Notes: a model not told the origin generated them from the sequence alone. Counted from the stretch's first letter, positions 32,421 to 42,657 are shown. The stretch is DNA of 64,000 nucleotides from an uncultured Gemmatimonadales bacterium (GCA_963798085.1 CAWCRS010000007.1:640001-704000); one strand, 5' to 3'. Translations and numbers: made by a program.

Positions 32421-34922
32421 TTACCGGATTGTGGCGTCGCTCCGGTAGTAGTCACCCAGCAGGTGCTCCGAGAAGTACTCCATCATCATGTGGTTGAAGT
32501 AGGGCTGCATGTCGCCGTAGCCGTGGGGCTTGCCCGGCAACATCATGAAGTCGAAGCGCTTGTTGGCCTTGATGAGTTCGTTCATGAGCCGGATCGTGCC
32601 GGCCGGGTGCACGTTGTTGTCCATGTCGCCGTGCGCTAACATCAGGTTGCCCTTCAGGTTGGCGGCCAGCTCGGCGTTGGTGGGCACGTGGATCTCGAAC
32701 TTCACGTCCTGCTCCTGTTCCTGAGCCGAAGCGTCGGACTGGCCATCGTTGCCACTGCGGTCGACGACCGTTCCCTTCTTCTGCGTGGCCACGATCTTGA
32801 GCCCGTGATACTGCTCGCTCCAGTTCTGGTTGTAGACATTGTTGTCATGATTGCCCGATGATGACACGCCCACCTTGAAGAAATCGTTGTAGGGCGGCAG
32901 CATCATCGCGGCCGCGGTCATGAAGCCGCCGCCGGAGTGGCCGAAGATGCCGACCTTGTCGAGGTCGATCCAGGAAAAGCGCGCGGCCAGCTGCTCGATG
33001 CCCGCCTTCTTGTCCGCCAGACCGTAGTCGCGGAGGTTGAAGTAACCGTAGTTCTGGTAGGCGTTCGAGCGCAGCGGATTGCCGCCGCGATTGCCGATCT
33101 GGATCACGATGAAGCCGAGCGCCGCGAGACGCTGCTCCACGTTGTTGCCGCTGAACGTCGCGCTGACCTCTTCCGTCTGCGGGCCCGGATAGACGTGGGC
33201 AATGATCGGGTACTTCTTCGTGGAATCGAAGTCGAACGGCTTCCACATGTTGCCGTAAATGTCGGTAATGCCGTCCGCCGCCTTCACCACGAAGCGCTCC
33301 GGCGGCTTCCAGCCCAGCTCTTTCAGCTTGCTGACATCCATTTCAGCAAGCGGCATCACTGTGGCGCCCGTGGCATCGCGGATGACCGCCTGGTTGGGCA
33401 GGTCGGGGCGCGAGAAGTTGTCGACAATGTAGCGCTTGCTGGGCGACAGCTGCTCGTTGTGCTCGCCCTCACCCGCGTCCAGCAGGGCGAGGCCCGTGCC
33501 ATCGAGGCTCACACGGTAGAGATGGTGGTAATATGGATTCTCTCCCGGCTCACGGCCCACGCCGCGCACGTACAGCACGCCGCGTACGGAGTCGACGGCG
33601 AGGATGTTGTCCGCGCGCCATTCCCCTGAGGTGACGGGTCCCTTGAGCGTCCCGTCATTGCTGTAGAGGTAGTAGTGCCCCCAGCCACTTCGCTCCGACC
33701 ACCAGAGGAAATCACCGCCCGCCTTCACATAGCGCGCGTTCTGGCGCTCGAGGTTGGCGTTCTCCACGCTCTCGGTTATGAGCGTCTTGATCGTCTGCGA
33801 CGGCATCGCCACATCGATCATTTCCATGTTGCGTTGCAGCCGGTCGCGACGCGTCAGGCGCACATGATCCGAGCCGGTGCCGTTCCAGTGAACATCGAAG
33901 AGTCGCTGGTCCTTCCATTTCGCGACGTTGATCGGCGCGACCGCCTTCTCGCCCCGGTGATAGAAATACAGTTCCTGCTGCGGCACGTTCTCCTCGCCTG
34001 GCATGGCGTACTTGTAGGACACGAGGACGGGCCGCGGCTGCGCCAGCACATTGACGAGGTACAGCTCCTTCACCTTGCGCGTGTCCTCACGCGTCACGAC
34101 AAAGGCCTTCGAGTCAGGCGACCAGGTGACCTGCGCGCGCACACGCGGGTCGCGTGACCGCGACTGCTGCTGCTCGTCCTGCTGGTCTTCCTGCTGCTGC
34201 TGCTGCTGTTGCTGCTGCTGCAACTGGTTCGCCTGCGTCGTGTCGCGGGCGCCGAAGCTGTGATACTGCTCGCCATCCGTGCTCACCTGGATGGTATCGC
34301 CGCTCTTGACCTCGACGACGTACAGGTTGTGATCGCGGGCGAACGCAAAGGCGGTACTGTCCGGCGAGTAGTTGCGGAAGTTCACATTGCCACGTCCGCC
34401 ACCGCCGAAGCCACCGCCGCCCCGGCCGCCGCCGCGGCCGCCGAAGCCGGGAACGCTGTCACGCACCGCCCGCCCGATGTGCTTGAGAGTCTCGCCCGCC
34501 AGGCTCCATTCGTAGCGCAACGAGTCCACGTTGAAACGGATCGACTTGTGGTCGTCCGTAAACACGACGTTGGTGAACGGCAGGTTGAATGCGTCGTACG
34601 GCTTGTGGTGCAGCGTCGAGAGCTGCGTGGCGAGCTTGGCCTGATTGAAGAGCGGCTTCTTGGTCTTCGTGATGGGCACAACCAGATAGAACGTCGATCC
34701 GGTGTGATCCCGCCAGTTGTACCAGAGTGAATCGCTCTCGCCAATGAAGCGCGGCTGCACGTTGTTGCTGTAAATGATCTGCCGCACCTGTGCATCGTCG
34801 AACTTGTTGCTCAGCTCCCAGTTGGCGCGATTGACGTGCGCCTGCTGGGCACGAGCCTGCGCCACGCCAATGAGCAGCATCGCCGCGGCCGCGAACGTGG
34901 TTGTCCGCCTGGGAATGTGCAT
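32421..34922 (-). CDS. S9B dipeptidyl peptidase IV family protein, secreted
   Basis: YPGPQ, GHSGGG nucleophile, HGDMDNNVH, catalytic H; signal peptide; internal poly-Gln tract. Confidence 0.93.
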   Translation of the reverse strand: MHIPRRTTTFAAAAMLLIGVAQARAQQAHVNRANWELSNKFDDAQVRQIIYSNNVQPRFIGESDSLWYNWRDHTGSTFYLVVPITKTKKPLFNQAKLATQLSTLHHKPYDAFNLPFTNVVFTDDHKSIRFNVDSLRYEWSLAGETLKHIGRAVRDSVPGFGGRGGGRGGGGFGGGGRGNVNFRNYSPDSTAFAFARDHNLYVVEVKSGDTIQVSTDGEQYHSFGARDTTQANQLQQQQQQQQQQEDQQDEQQQSRSRDPRVRAQVTWSPDSKAFVVTREDTRKVKELYLVNVLAQPRPVLVSYKYAMPGEENVPQQELYFYHRGEKAVAPINVAKWKDQRLFDVHWNGTGSDHVRLTRRDRLQRNMEMIDVAMPSQTIKTLITESVENANLERQNARYVKAGGDFLWWSERSGWGHYYLYSNDGTLKGPVTSGEWRADNILAVDSVRGVLYVRGVGREPGENPYYHHLYRVSLDGTGLALLDAGEGEHNEQLSPSKRYIVDNFSRPDLPNQAVIRDATGATVMPLAEMDVSKLKELGWKPPERFVVKAADGITDIYGNMWKPFDFDSTKKYPIIAHVYPGPQTEEVSATFSGNNVEQRLAALGFIVIQIGNRGGNPLRSNAYQNYGYFNLRDYGLADKKAGIEQLAARFSWIDLDKVGIFGHSGGGFMTAAAMMLPPYNDFFKVGVSSSGNHDNNVYNQNWSEQYHGLKIVATQKKGTVVDRSGNDGQSDASAQEQEQDVKFEIHVPTNAELAANLKGNLMLAHGDMDNNVHPAGTIRLMNELIKANKRFDFMMLPGKPHGYGDMQPYFNHMMMEYFSEHLLGDYYRSDATIR

Positions 34923-35221
34923 GGTCGGATTCTCCGTCGGTCAGTACGCTGTGACTCGCGACGCCGTAGTCCGCGCGGACGGCTGGATCGCAAGCGCGGC
35001 GGCCGGTGTCGTGGTGGGACGGTCAGCGTGAGGAAGATAGGGGGTTGTCGCCCGCTACGGGAGTATACAGGTCGGCATGCAACGGACCCGGGACGGATGG
35101 GCCGGCGAGGCGGGGCGGAACCCGCTGCTCGGGGATGGACCGGCGCGCCCACCCTCGGCATCCGCCAGAGACCTTGCAGATTGCCAGCCAAAACGGTGAG
35201 CGGCGTCGTCGTCCACAATTC

Positions 35222-35279
35222 ATAAATCATTCATGAGCAATAACTTATATGAATCACACCCGGTGGTGCGATTCCTGCT
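35222..35279 (+). promoter_or_regulatory. IHF-like palindrome (35222-35248) plus sigma54 promoter (35264-35279)
   Basis: ataaatcatt-N7-aataacttat; TGGTGCGATTCCTGCT matches TGGCACG-N4-TTGCW spacing. Confidence 0.6.
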
Positions 35280-35347
35280 CGAACGACGGGTGCCCCAGGC
35301 ACGAGTGCGTCCGGGGCCTGTCTGATTCCTGACCCGAGAGGTGAGGC

Positions 35348-35950
35348 ATGCGCCGACGCTGGCACATACCCGGGGCCGCGGCCGTTCTGGCCATCGCGCT
35401 GTTCTGCCTGAGTTGCGACCGAAGCTCTCCCACCGACACACCGCTGAATCCGCCCGCCAGTGGAGCCCTGCTGGGGCTGCCGCGTCTGGGCGGAGCGGAT
35501 CCGACGCCGCAGCTGCCACGCGGGATGCGGTTCATCGAGGAGGAGCGGTCCGGCGGTGGCCAGGATCTGGTAACGGGCCTCTTCGGTCTGCTGGGCGGTG
35601 AGCTGCACCTGAACGGCGAATCACTGCTGGTGCCGGAGGGCGCGGTGCTGCGGTTGACGCTGTTCACGATGGAGACACCGGACACGAAGGTCATCAATGT
35701 CAACCTGAGTGCGCTGACGGGCGATCTGCTGCGCAACGTGCTGTCGCTGCTGGGCCTGTTCCAGAAGCCGGTGACGGTGGAGTTGTCGTATGCGCACGCG
35801 ACGAACGTCACGGATCCGGGCAAGCTGGTGATCGTGCGACTGCTGGACGACGGCAAGGTCGAGGTCCTGCCGACGCGTGTGGACCGGCAGCGCAAGGTAG
35901 TGTCAGCGCAGCTCGATCACTTCTCGAAGTACGCAATGGCATCCAACTGA
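35348..35950 (+). CDS. Putative lipoprotein with ZU5-like domain and terminal HFS autoproteolysis motif
   Basis: Signal ending CLSC; GGEL....SLLVPEGAV and FQKPVTVELSY are ZU5-like; ends LDHFSKYAMASN; GAGGTGAGG RBS. Confidence 0.75.
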   Translation: MRRRWHIPGAAAVLAIALFCLSCDRSSPTDTPLNPPASGALLGLPRLGGADPTPQLPRGMRFIEEERSGGGQDLVTGLFGLLGGELHLNGESLLVPEGAVLRLTLFTMETPDTKVINVNLSALTGDLLRNVLSLLGLFQKPVTVELSYAHATNVTDPGKLVIVRLLDDGKVEVLPTRVDRQRKVVSAQLDHFSKYAMASN

Positions 35951-35953
35951 CGC

Positions 35954-37609
35954 ATGGAACGCCGGCTCGAGTTGCACAGCGCGCGCGACACCGAGGAGAC
36001 ACTGGAGTCGCTGGTCGAGCAGGGCCGGGCCGCCGAACGCGCGGGCGCATGGGATGAAGCGCTGCGCGCGTTCGACGGCGCGTTCCGCAAGCTGCGCCGC
36101 GAGCACGGAGCGGAGCGCGCGGCGGAGCTGCTGCGCTGGATCGGGACGGTGTTCCGCAATCGCGGCGAGCTGGAGAATGCGCACGAGTTGTACGAAGCGA
36201 GTCTGGCCGTTGCCGAAGCCGCAGCGCTGCCCTACCACATCGCCTCCGCGCTCAACTGTCTGGCCATCATCGCGCAGTTTCGCGCCAACGTGGATGATGC
36301 GGAGCAGCTCTACCTGCGCGCGAGTGAACTGGCGCAGCAGGCCGGTGACGACCGGCTGGCGGCCATGATCGATCAGAACGTAGGAACGCTGGCTAACACG
36401 AAAGGCAGCTACGACGCGGCGCTCGGTCACTATCGCTCGGCGCTCCGCCGTTTCCGCCGTCTGCAGGATGAAGTCGCCGCGGCGTGGGTGCTCAACAACA
36501 TGGGCATGGCGCACGTCGACCTGGGGCAGTGGAACAACGCGGTGCGCGCGTTCGACGAAGCCTTCGAGCTGGCGGATCGCCAGCGCGACACGCACCTGAT
36601 CGGCACCATCGAGCTGAACCGCGCCGAGCTGCATCTCAAGCGCGGTGTTGTGGGCGATGCGCGCGACTGCTGCGACCGCGCGTTCGAGGTGTTCAGCCGG
36701 GTGGGCTCGCAGAGCGGTCTGGGCGAGGCCTACAAGTTCTACGGTGTACTCTACCGCGAGATGGGCAAGCCGGGTCTGGCCACCACGCATCTGCGCAACG
36801 CCATCGAAACGGCAGTGGGCTGTGAGGACCGGCTGCTGGAAGCGGAAGCGCGAAGCGAGGCTGCGCTGCTGCATCTCGATAACGGCGAGAATCGCACCGC
36901 GCTCGAGTGCATGAACCGCGCGCACCGGCTGTTCACGGACCTGCGCGCGCGTGCCGAGCTGCTGGATGTGGATTCCCGTCTGGACCGGCTGGAGGAGACG
37001 TTCCTGAAGGTGGTGAAGGCCTGGGGCGAGTCGATCGAGTCCAAGGATCGGTACACCGCGGGTCACTGCGAGCGTGTGGCTGACTACGCCTGTCTGCTGG
37101 CGGAAGCACTGGGCTTCCAGGGTCGCGATCTTACGTGGATGCGCATGGGCGGGTTCCTGCACGATGTGGGCAAGATCGTGGTGCCGCCCGCGATCCTGAA
37201 CAAACCGGGAAAACTGAGTCCCGAGGAATTCGACGTGATGAAGACACACACCACGGCTGGTGACGAGCTGACTACGCCGCTCAACTTTCCGTGGGACATC
37301 CGGCCGATCGTGCGCAACCACCACGAACGCTGGGACGGCACAGGCTATCCCGACGGCCTCGAGGGAGAGGACATCCCGCTGGTGGCGCGCATTCTGTGCG
37401 TCGCGGATGTCTACGACGCGCTCACGACGGCGCGCAGCTACCGGCCGGCGCTGCCCGCGCTCGAGGCCCTGCGCATCATGGAGCGCGAGTCCGGCAGCAA
37501 TCTGGATCCGAAGATCTTTCCCATCTTCCGCCAGCTGATTCTGGAGCATGCCGCCCAGCGCGGCGGCATGGCACGGCTGCGCACCCCGGGCGCGTTCGCC
37601 GCCGCCTAG
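35954..37609 (+). CDS. TPR-repeat + HD-GYP phosphodiesterase
   Basis: N-terminal TPR array; YTAGHCERV, LHDVGK, HHERWDGTGYP, ADVYDAL, RSYR; no signal or TM segment. Confidence 0.92.
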   Translation: MERRLELHSARDTEETLESLVEQGRAAERAGAWDEALRAFDGAFRKLRREHGAERAAELLRWIGTVFRNRGELENAHELYEASLAVAEAAALPYHIASALNCLAIIAQFRANVDDAEQLYLRASELAQQAGDDRLAAMIDQNVGTLANTKGSYDAALGHYRSALRRFRRLQDEVAAAWVLNNMGMAHVDLGQWNNAVRAFDEAFELADRQRDTHLIGTIELNRAELHLKRGVVGDARDCCDRAFEVFSRVGSQSGLGEAYKFYGVLYREMGKPGLATTHLRNAIETAVGCEDRLLEAEARSEAALLHLDNGENRTALECMNRAHRLFTDLRARAELLDVDSRLDRLEETFLKVVKAWGESIESKDRYTAGHCERVADYACLLAEALGFQGRDLTWMRMGGFLHDVGKIVVPPAILNKPGKLSPEEFDVMKTHTTAGDELTTPLNFPWDIRPIVRNHHERWDGTGYPDGLEGEDIPLVARILCVADVYDALTTARSYRPALPALEALRIMERESGSNLDPKIFPIFRQLILEHAAQRGGMARLRTPGAFAAA

Positions 37610-37639
37610 CCGATAACAGCCTGTCAGACGAGAGCCATC

Positions 37640-37903
37640 ATGGCGCCGTCCGACCGGATCCGACTCCTGTGGTTGCGCGGATCGCTGTTCGCCACCGCGC
37701 TCCTGTCTGCGCTCGTGCTGCAGGGTTGCGGCCGGCGCGGGCCGGCAGACTCGCCACTGTCGCCTCCGGTGGCGAGCGCCGATGCCGCGGCATCCCGTGA
37801 GTCAGGCGACACACCCGCGTCCGGTCGCTCGCAGGGATTCACCTTCGTCGAGGAATACCGCGCGCCGGGCTCCGCCTCGGTCAGCACGATGGCCTCCAAC
37901 TGA
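37640..37903 (+). CDS. Small lipoprotein, ZU5-less paralog of 35348-35950, ending MASN
   Basis: Lipobox LQGC; shares P.D.PL.PP(.)AS, G..F.EE.R..G and MASN-stop with the upstream gene. Confidence 0.75.
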   Translation: MAPSDRIRLLWLRGSLFATALLSALVLQGCGRRGPADSPLSPPVASADAAASRESGDTPASGRSQGFTFVEEYRAPGSASVSTMASN

Positions 37904-37909
37904 TCCGGG

Positions 37910-39601
37910 TCAACGGCTGGCGGTGCGCGGCTGGGCGTCGGCCAGCCACCAGCTTCCCACATTGATGAACGCGCCACGCACATCCATAACGGCCCCGCGC
38001 AGTCGCGCGCGTGCGGCGTAGAGATTCGGGACGTACCAGAGGAAGGTCCAGGGCTGCTCGTCCCGGATGATGCGCTGCACCCGGTGCCAGCGCGGGATCG
38101 CGTCGCGGCGATCCGTGAGCGTGGCCAGCGTGTCGAGCGTGGCATCCACGGTGGCGTTGTGAAACGAGGCGAGCTGGTATTCGCCGTTGATGGCGGCGGA
38201 ATGGAAGGTGTCGCGCAGGTTGATGCGGAAATCCGCGTCCCACGCCATGAGCACGGCGTCGAAGTCGCGGGCCGGGCTCGAGATCTGGCCGATGAGCGTG
38301 GTGAACTCGACGGGTCGCACGCTCATGCTGACACCCACGTTCGCAAGATCCGCCTGGATCATTTCCGCGACGTCACGGGTGAAGGCGTTGCTCGTGGGGA
38401 TCTTCAGCTCGATGCGGAAGGGCCGGCCGTCCGGCAGCCGCAGCTTGCCGGAGGCGTCGGGGCGCAGACCCGCTTCGGCGAAAAGAGCGCGCGCGGCCGC
38501 CGTGTCGTACGGCAGCGGGCGCACGGAATCGGGGAACGCCCAGTGGAACGGGCCGATCGGACCGGAGGCCAGCTCGCCGTGGCCGCCGCGCAGCACCTGC
38601 AGGATCTGCGGACGGTTGATCGACAGGGTGAGCGCACGCCGCACCCGCGCATCATCCAGAGGTCGGCGCTTTCCGTTCCAGCCGATGAAGTGGTACTGCG
38701 TCGCCGCTTTCACGATGGGCACGACGCCGGCCTCGCCCCGGAGTCGCGTCAGATCCTCCGCGCGCGGCGCGAGAATCAGGTCCGCGTTGCCGGTGAGCAG
38801 CTCGGTCACCTGCGCGGTGTTCTCGCTGATGACTCGCCACACCACGCGGTCCAGGTGCGGCCGGCCGCCCAGACCCGCCGGAAAGTCGGGATTGGCGTCG
38901 AACACCCAGCGATCGCCGGCGCGATACTCCGCGAAGCGGAACGGACCGTTGCCGATGGGCGCGTGATTGAATCCGGCCTGACGCATGCGCGCGGGCGGAA
39001 TCGAATCCAGCGCGTGCTTCGGCATGATGGGCAGGAACGCCCATGTCAGCAGCGGATCGATGAAGCGGTCGAGTGTGAAGCGGACGGTGAAGGAATCCAC
39101 CACGGATACGGACTTCCAGTGCATGAGATCATCGGCATTGGGAAAGCCGCTGGCCGGATCGCGCGCCCGGTCGAACGTGAATGCCACGTCCCATGCGGTC
39201 GTCTTCGGTCCATCGCTCCAGCGCACGTCGTCGCGCATGTGGAAGACCAGCGCGGTGTCGCCCTGCCAGTCCCAGCTGCGCGCCAGCGCGGGCTGAAAGC
39301 CGCCCTCCACATCCAGGGATACGAGTGGCAGGAAGAGCGCGTGCAGCAGGAGGTCCTGCGTGTAGGACTCGGACGCAATGAACGCATTCATGGGTCCGAC
39401 GTCGTTGGGGCCGGCGATCACCAGCGTACCACCATCCCGCGGCGCGGCATCAGCGGCGGACGCGACCGGCAGCGGCGCGTTGTCCCGGCACGCTGTGCCC
39501 AGCGCGGCGGTCAGTGCGAGGAGCAGCCGGCCGAGCGTAAGAGCCGGGTGCATGCGACCGGCGGAAGCTGCGTCCGCCGCACGAAATCGGAATCCGCCCA
39601 T
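37910..39601 (-). CDS. Peptide ABC transporter substrate-binding protein (SBP family 5, OppA/DppA-like); alternative start 39553
   Basis: Lipoprotein signal LGTAC, PALARSW, WSDG..TAWDVAFT, PIGNGPF, RVRRAL...INR. Confidence 0.9.
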   Translation of the reverse strand: MGGFRFRAADAASAGRMHPALTLGRLLLALTAALGTACRDNAPLPVASAADAAPRDGGTLVIAGPNDVGPMNAFIASESYTQDLLLHALFLPLVSLDVEGGFQPALARSWDWQGDTALVFHMRDDVRWSDGPKTTAWDVAFTFDRARDPASGFPNADDLMHWKSVSVVDSFTVRFTLDRFIDPLLTWAFLPIMPKHALDSIPPARMRQAGFNHAPIGNGPFRFAEYRAGDRWVFDANPDFPAGLGGRPHLDRVVWRVISENTAQVTELLTGNADLILAPRAEDLTRLRGEAGVVPIVKAATQYHFIGWNGKRRPLDDARVRRALTLSINRPQILQVLRGGHGELASGPIGPFHWAFPDSVRPLPYDTAAARALFAEAGLRPDASGKLRLPDGRPFRIELKIPTSNAFTRDVAEMIQADLANVGVSMSVRPVEFTTLIGQISSPARDFDAVLMAWDADFRINLRDTFHSAAINGEYQLASFHNATVDATLDTLATLTDRRDAIPRWHRVQRIIRDEQPWTFLWYVPNLYAARARLRGAVMDVRGAFINVGSWWLADAQPRTASR

Positions 39602-39843
39602 GGTTTCGACCTTCGGATGCGCGACGAGAGCGGCTGCGCGGGGAGCAGCCGGCGTTCGGGGAGTGAGCCGTCTCTTCAGTCTCGGCAGTCCCGGCCGGCT
39701 GGCGCAGTGGAAGAAGCGCCCCGGGGAAGGGGCCGGAGCTCCGGGCACGCGGTTGCATTGCAGGCCTGGCCGGCAACACCGAAGTTGCGGTGACGTGCGA
39801 CTGCGGGACCTCCGGTCCCGATCCCTGCAACCGACTCCGGATC

Positions 39844-41391
39844 ATGAGGACCTGCGCGGGTCTCGGCGCCCTTCTGCTGGGCAGTGCAGTCGCGTGTGCC
39901 AGGCCGCAGCCGGTATCGCTGGTATCGGTGGAACGCGTCATTACGCACGACAACCGGGCGGCCGCGGGCCGCCTGCGCAATGACGAGTTAGAGATCCACC
40001 TCGAGCTGCGCGCCGGCGAATGGTACCCGGATTCGCCATCGGGGCCGGCTGGCGTCGTGCAGACCTTCGCGCTCGAAGGCGGGCCGCCGCTGATTCCCGG
40101 ACCGCTCATCCGCGTGCGCACCGGCACGACCATCCACGCGACCGTGCACAACCCGCTCCCCGATTCGACGCTCGTGGTGCACGGCCTGCACACCCGGCCC
40201 GGTTCTGGCACCGATTCCCTCGTGGTCCGTCCCGGCGAGACGCGGGACGTGCGGTTCCCCGCGGGCCAGCCGGGCACCCACTTCTACTGGGGCTCGACCT
40301 CGCACACGGACATGGAGTCCCGACTCGGCAGCGACAGCCAGCTGGCCGGCGCGTTCATCATCGACCCCGCAGACGGGCCGGCGCACGAAGACCGCGTGTT
40401 CGTCATCGGGCAACTGGTTCGATCCCCCGGATTCCGCAGGCCCGCCGCCCGTCGTCGAGCGCGATGTGATGGTGATCAACGGACGGTCGTGGCCATGGAC
40501 CGAGCGCTTCGACCTGCTGCAGGGCGATACCATCTACTGGCGCTGGCTGAACCCCACGCCCAACGCACACCCAATGCACCTGCACGGTTTCTTCTACGAC
40601 GTCACCAGCCGCGGCAGCTGGGCGGCAGACACGGTGTTAGAGAGGGGGCCGCGCCAGGTGGTCACGGAAACCATGCTGCCGGGTTCGACGTTCGCCATGC
40701 GCTGGGTCGCGGAAAGGCCGGGCAACTGGCTGTTCCACTGCCACTTTGCGTTCCACGTGTCGCATTTCCTCTCGTTCCGCAAGATTCCGGACCCCGAGGA
40801 TGCCGATCCGCCGGGCGTGTTGGAGCATTCGGCCAGCAGCATGCGCGGGTTGATCCTGGGCTTGCACGTGCGGGAGCGGAACGACCGTCCGGGCGAGGCT
40901 GTCAGGGGGACCGAAAGCGCGGCCGCGAGTGCGGCGGACACGGCGACGCCGCCGCGGCGGGTCCGCCTGCTGGTGGACGCGAAGAATCCGGGACCCCGCG
41001 AACAGTTCGGTTATGTCGTGCAGAACGGGGCGGAACCGGCGCGTGACTCCGTCCTCGCGCTTCACGCCGCCACGCGCCGGCACGTTCATCTACCATTCGC
41101 ACTCGAACGAAGACGCGCGTGTTCATCGCACTGGCGCGGCGGGCGCCACCGGCAGGGAAATGGGTGGGACGTACCGCCGCGGACTACCAGCTGGCGGAGT
41201 GGCGCGCGGTGGCGAAGGATGGCGCCGATCTGCCCGCCGCGCAGCAGGTGAGCGGGCCGGCCTGGATCGGCATGGGACCGGGCGAGACCGCCGACTTTGC
41301 GTTCACACCCACCATCGCCGGCGACCTGACGATGCAGGTCGTGACGCAGGTCGAGGGGTGGGTGCTCGATCTGCCGCTACACGTGCGGTAG
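39844..41391 (+). pseudogene. Multicopper oxidase, frameshifted and apparently internally deleted
   Basis: HGLH, HPMHLHG, WLFHCHFAFH, GTFIYHSH and TADFAFTP occur in different frames; the second half is compressed. Confidence 0.7.
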
Positions 41392-41513
41392 TGCGAGAAA
41401 CGGTCACCAGCATTTACGCCGGTGCCGGTTGCTGCCACGGCTGATGATGGACTCTCAGCATTTCCCTTGAAACAGGATTGAAATCACCAAGGCGATGGGC
41501 GCGGGTCTGCTCA

Positions 41514-42607
41514 ATGCACCACCACTCGAACGGCGTACCCCATACCGAACGAGCAAGCAATCGGCGCTGGTCGGCTCTCGTGTCGTCAGTATTTCTCGTG
41601 TTGATCCTATCTGCCCGGTCATTGAGTGCTCAGAGCCAGCTCGTCTCGTTTGATCTCGTGAAGACCATCAGACTCATCGAAAGCGCAAGTGATCCTGTCG
41701 CGAAGATCGACTATCTCACAGTGGCTGCAGACGGTCGTCTGGTGATTACCGACAGAGTTTCAGGCAAGATCAGAATCTTCGCGCCTGATGGTTCGCCACT
41801 CACAGTGGCAGGGCGACCGGGGAAGGGTCCTGGGGAATTGAATGGTCCGGCGGAGCCTGCATGGGACCTGATGGCGCGCTCAATGTGGCGGATTGGGGGA
41901 ACGGTCGCATTTCTCGCTTCGTGAATGGATCCGCCTTCGAACGAACGATCCCCATGCCCGGAAGCCCGACGTGGGTGGCGCCGGTCGCCGGTGGATTCAT
42001 TGTCTCCATGAGGGGCCGACTGGATCGGCTGGCCATGGTGGATACGAGTGGAAGGATCGTAAGGGAGTTTGCAAGTTGGCCGAAGGAAGTACAGGACGTT
42101 CCTTATTGGGGCAGTATCACAGCGGCCGAGGTGGCAGTTGGCGCCGGGCGTGTTTTCGTCGCCAGTTCGCTCATTTATGCTGTTTCCGTATACAGTGAAT
42201 CCGGCGACTCCCTGGGGACCTTCGGGACACCGCCAAAGTCCTGGGCGGCAGCGAGCCGACCCGCCAGGGGCGCTTTTGTCGGGCCCAGCGGAATGGCGAG
42301 GGCTGCCGAGTGGCTGAAGACGTTCACCGTGATCAGTTCCCTCGCGGTCTACCGCGATTCACTTCTTGTGGTTGCCCATGCGCGCCCGGGGCCTGACGTC
42401 GTCAACTTCAATGCGCAAGTGCCCAATGGTGTCGATGTCTATGGAGTCGATGGTGCCGGGATAGCCTGGGACGCCTCTCTGAAAGGTCGTGTGCTTGCGG
42501 GCGGCCAGTACCTGTATGTTCTTGCGAGTGAGCCACCCGATGGGTGGGCCATTGCCGCATATAGGATCACTCTATCATCACCACCTCCAGGCCGGCGCTC
42601 GCAATAG
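41514..42607 (+). CDS. Secreted 6-bladed beta-propeller protein; frameshift near 41860
   Basis: Signal peptide, GRPGKGPGEL motif, NHL-like repeats; AT-richer than its neighbours. Confidence 0.7.
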
Positions 42608-42657
42608 CTCGAGCCTCGACGCTGGAAGTAGGCCGCTGCCGCTCAGAATTGGAATAA

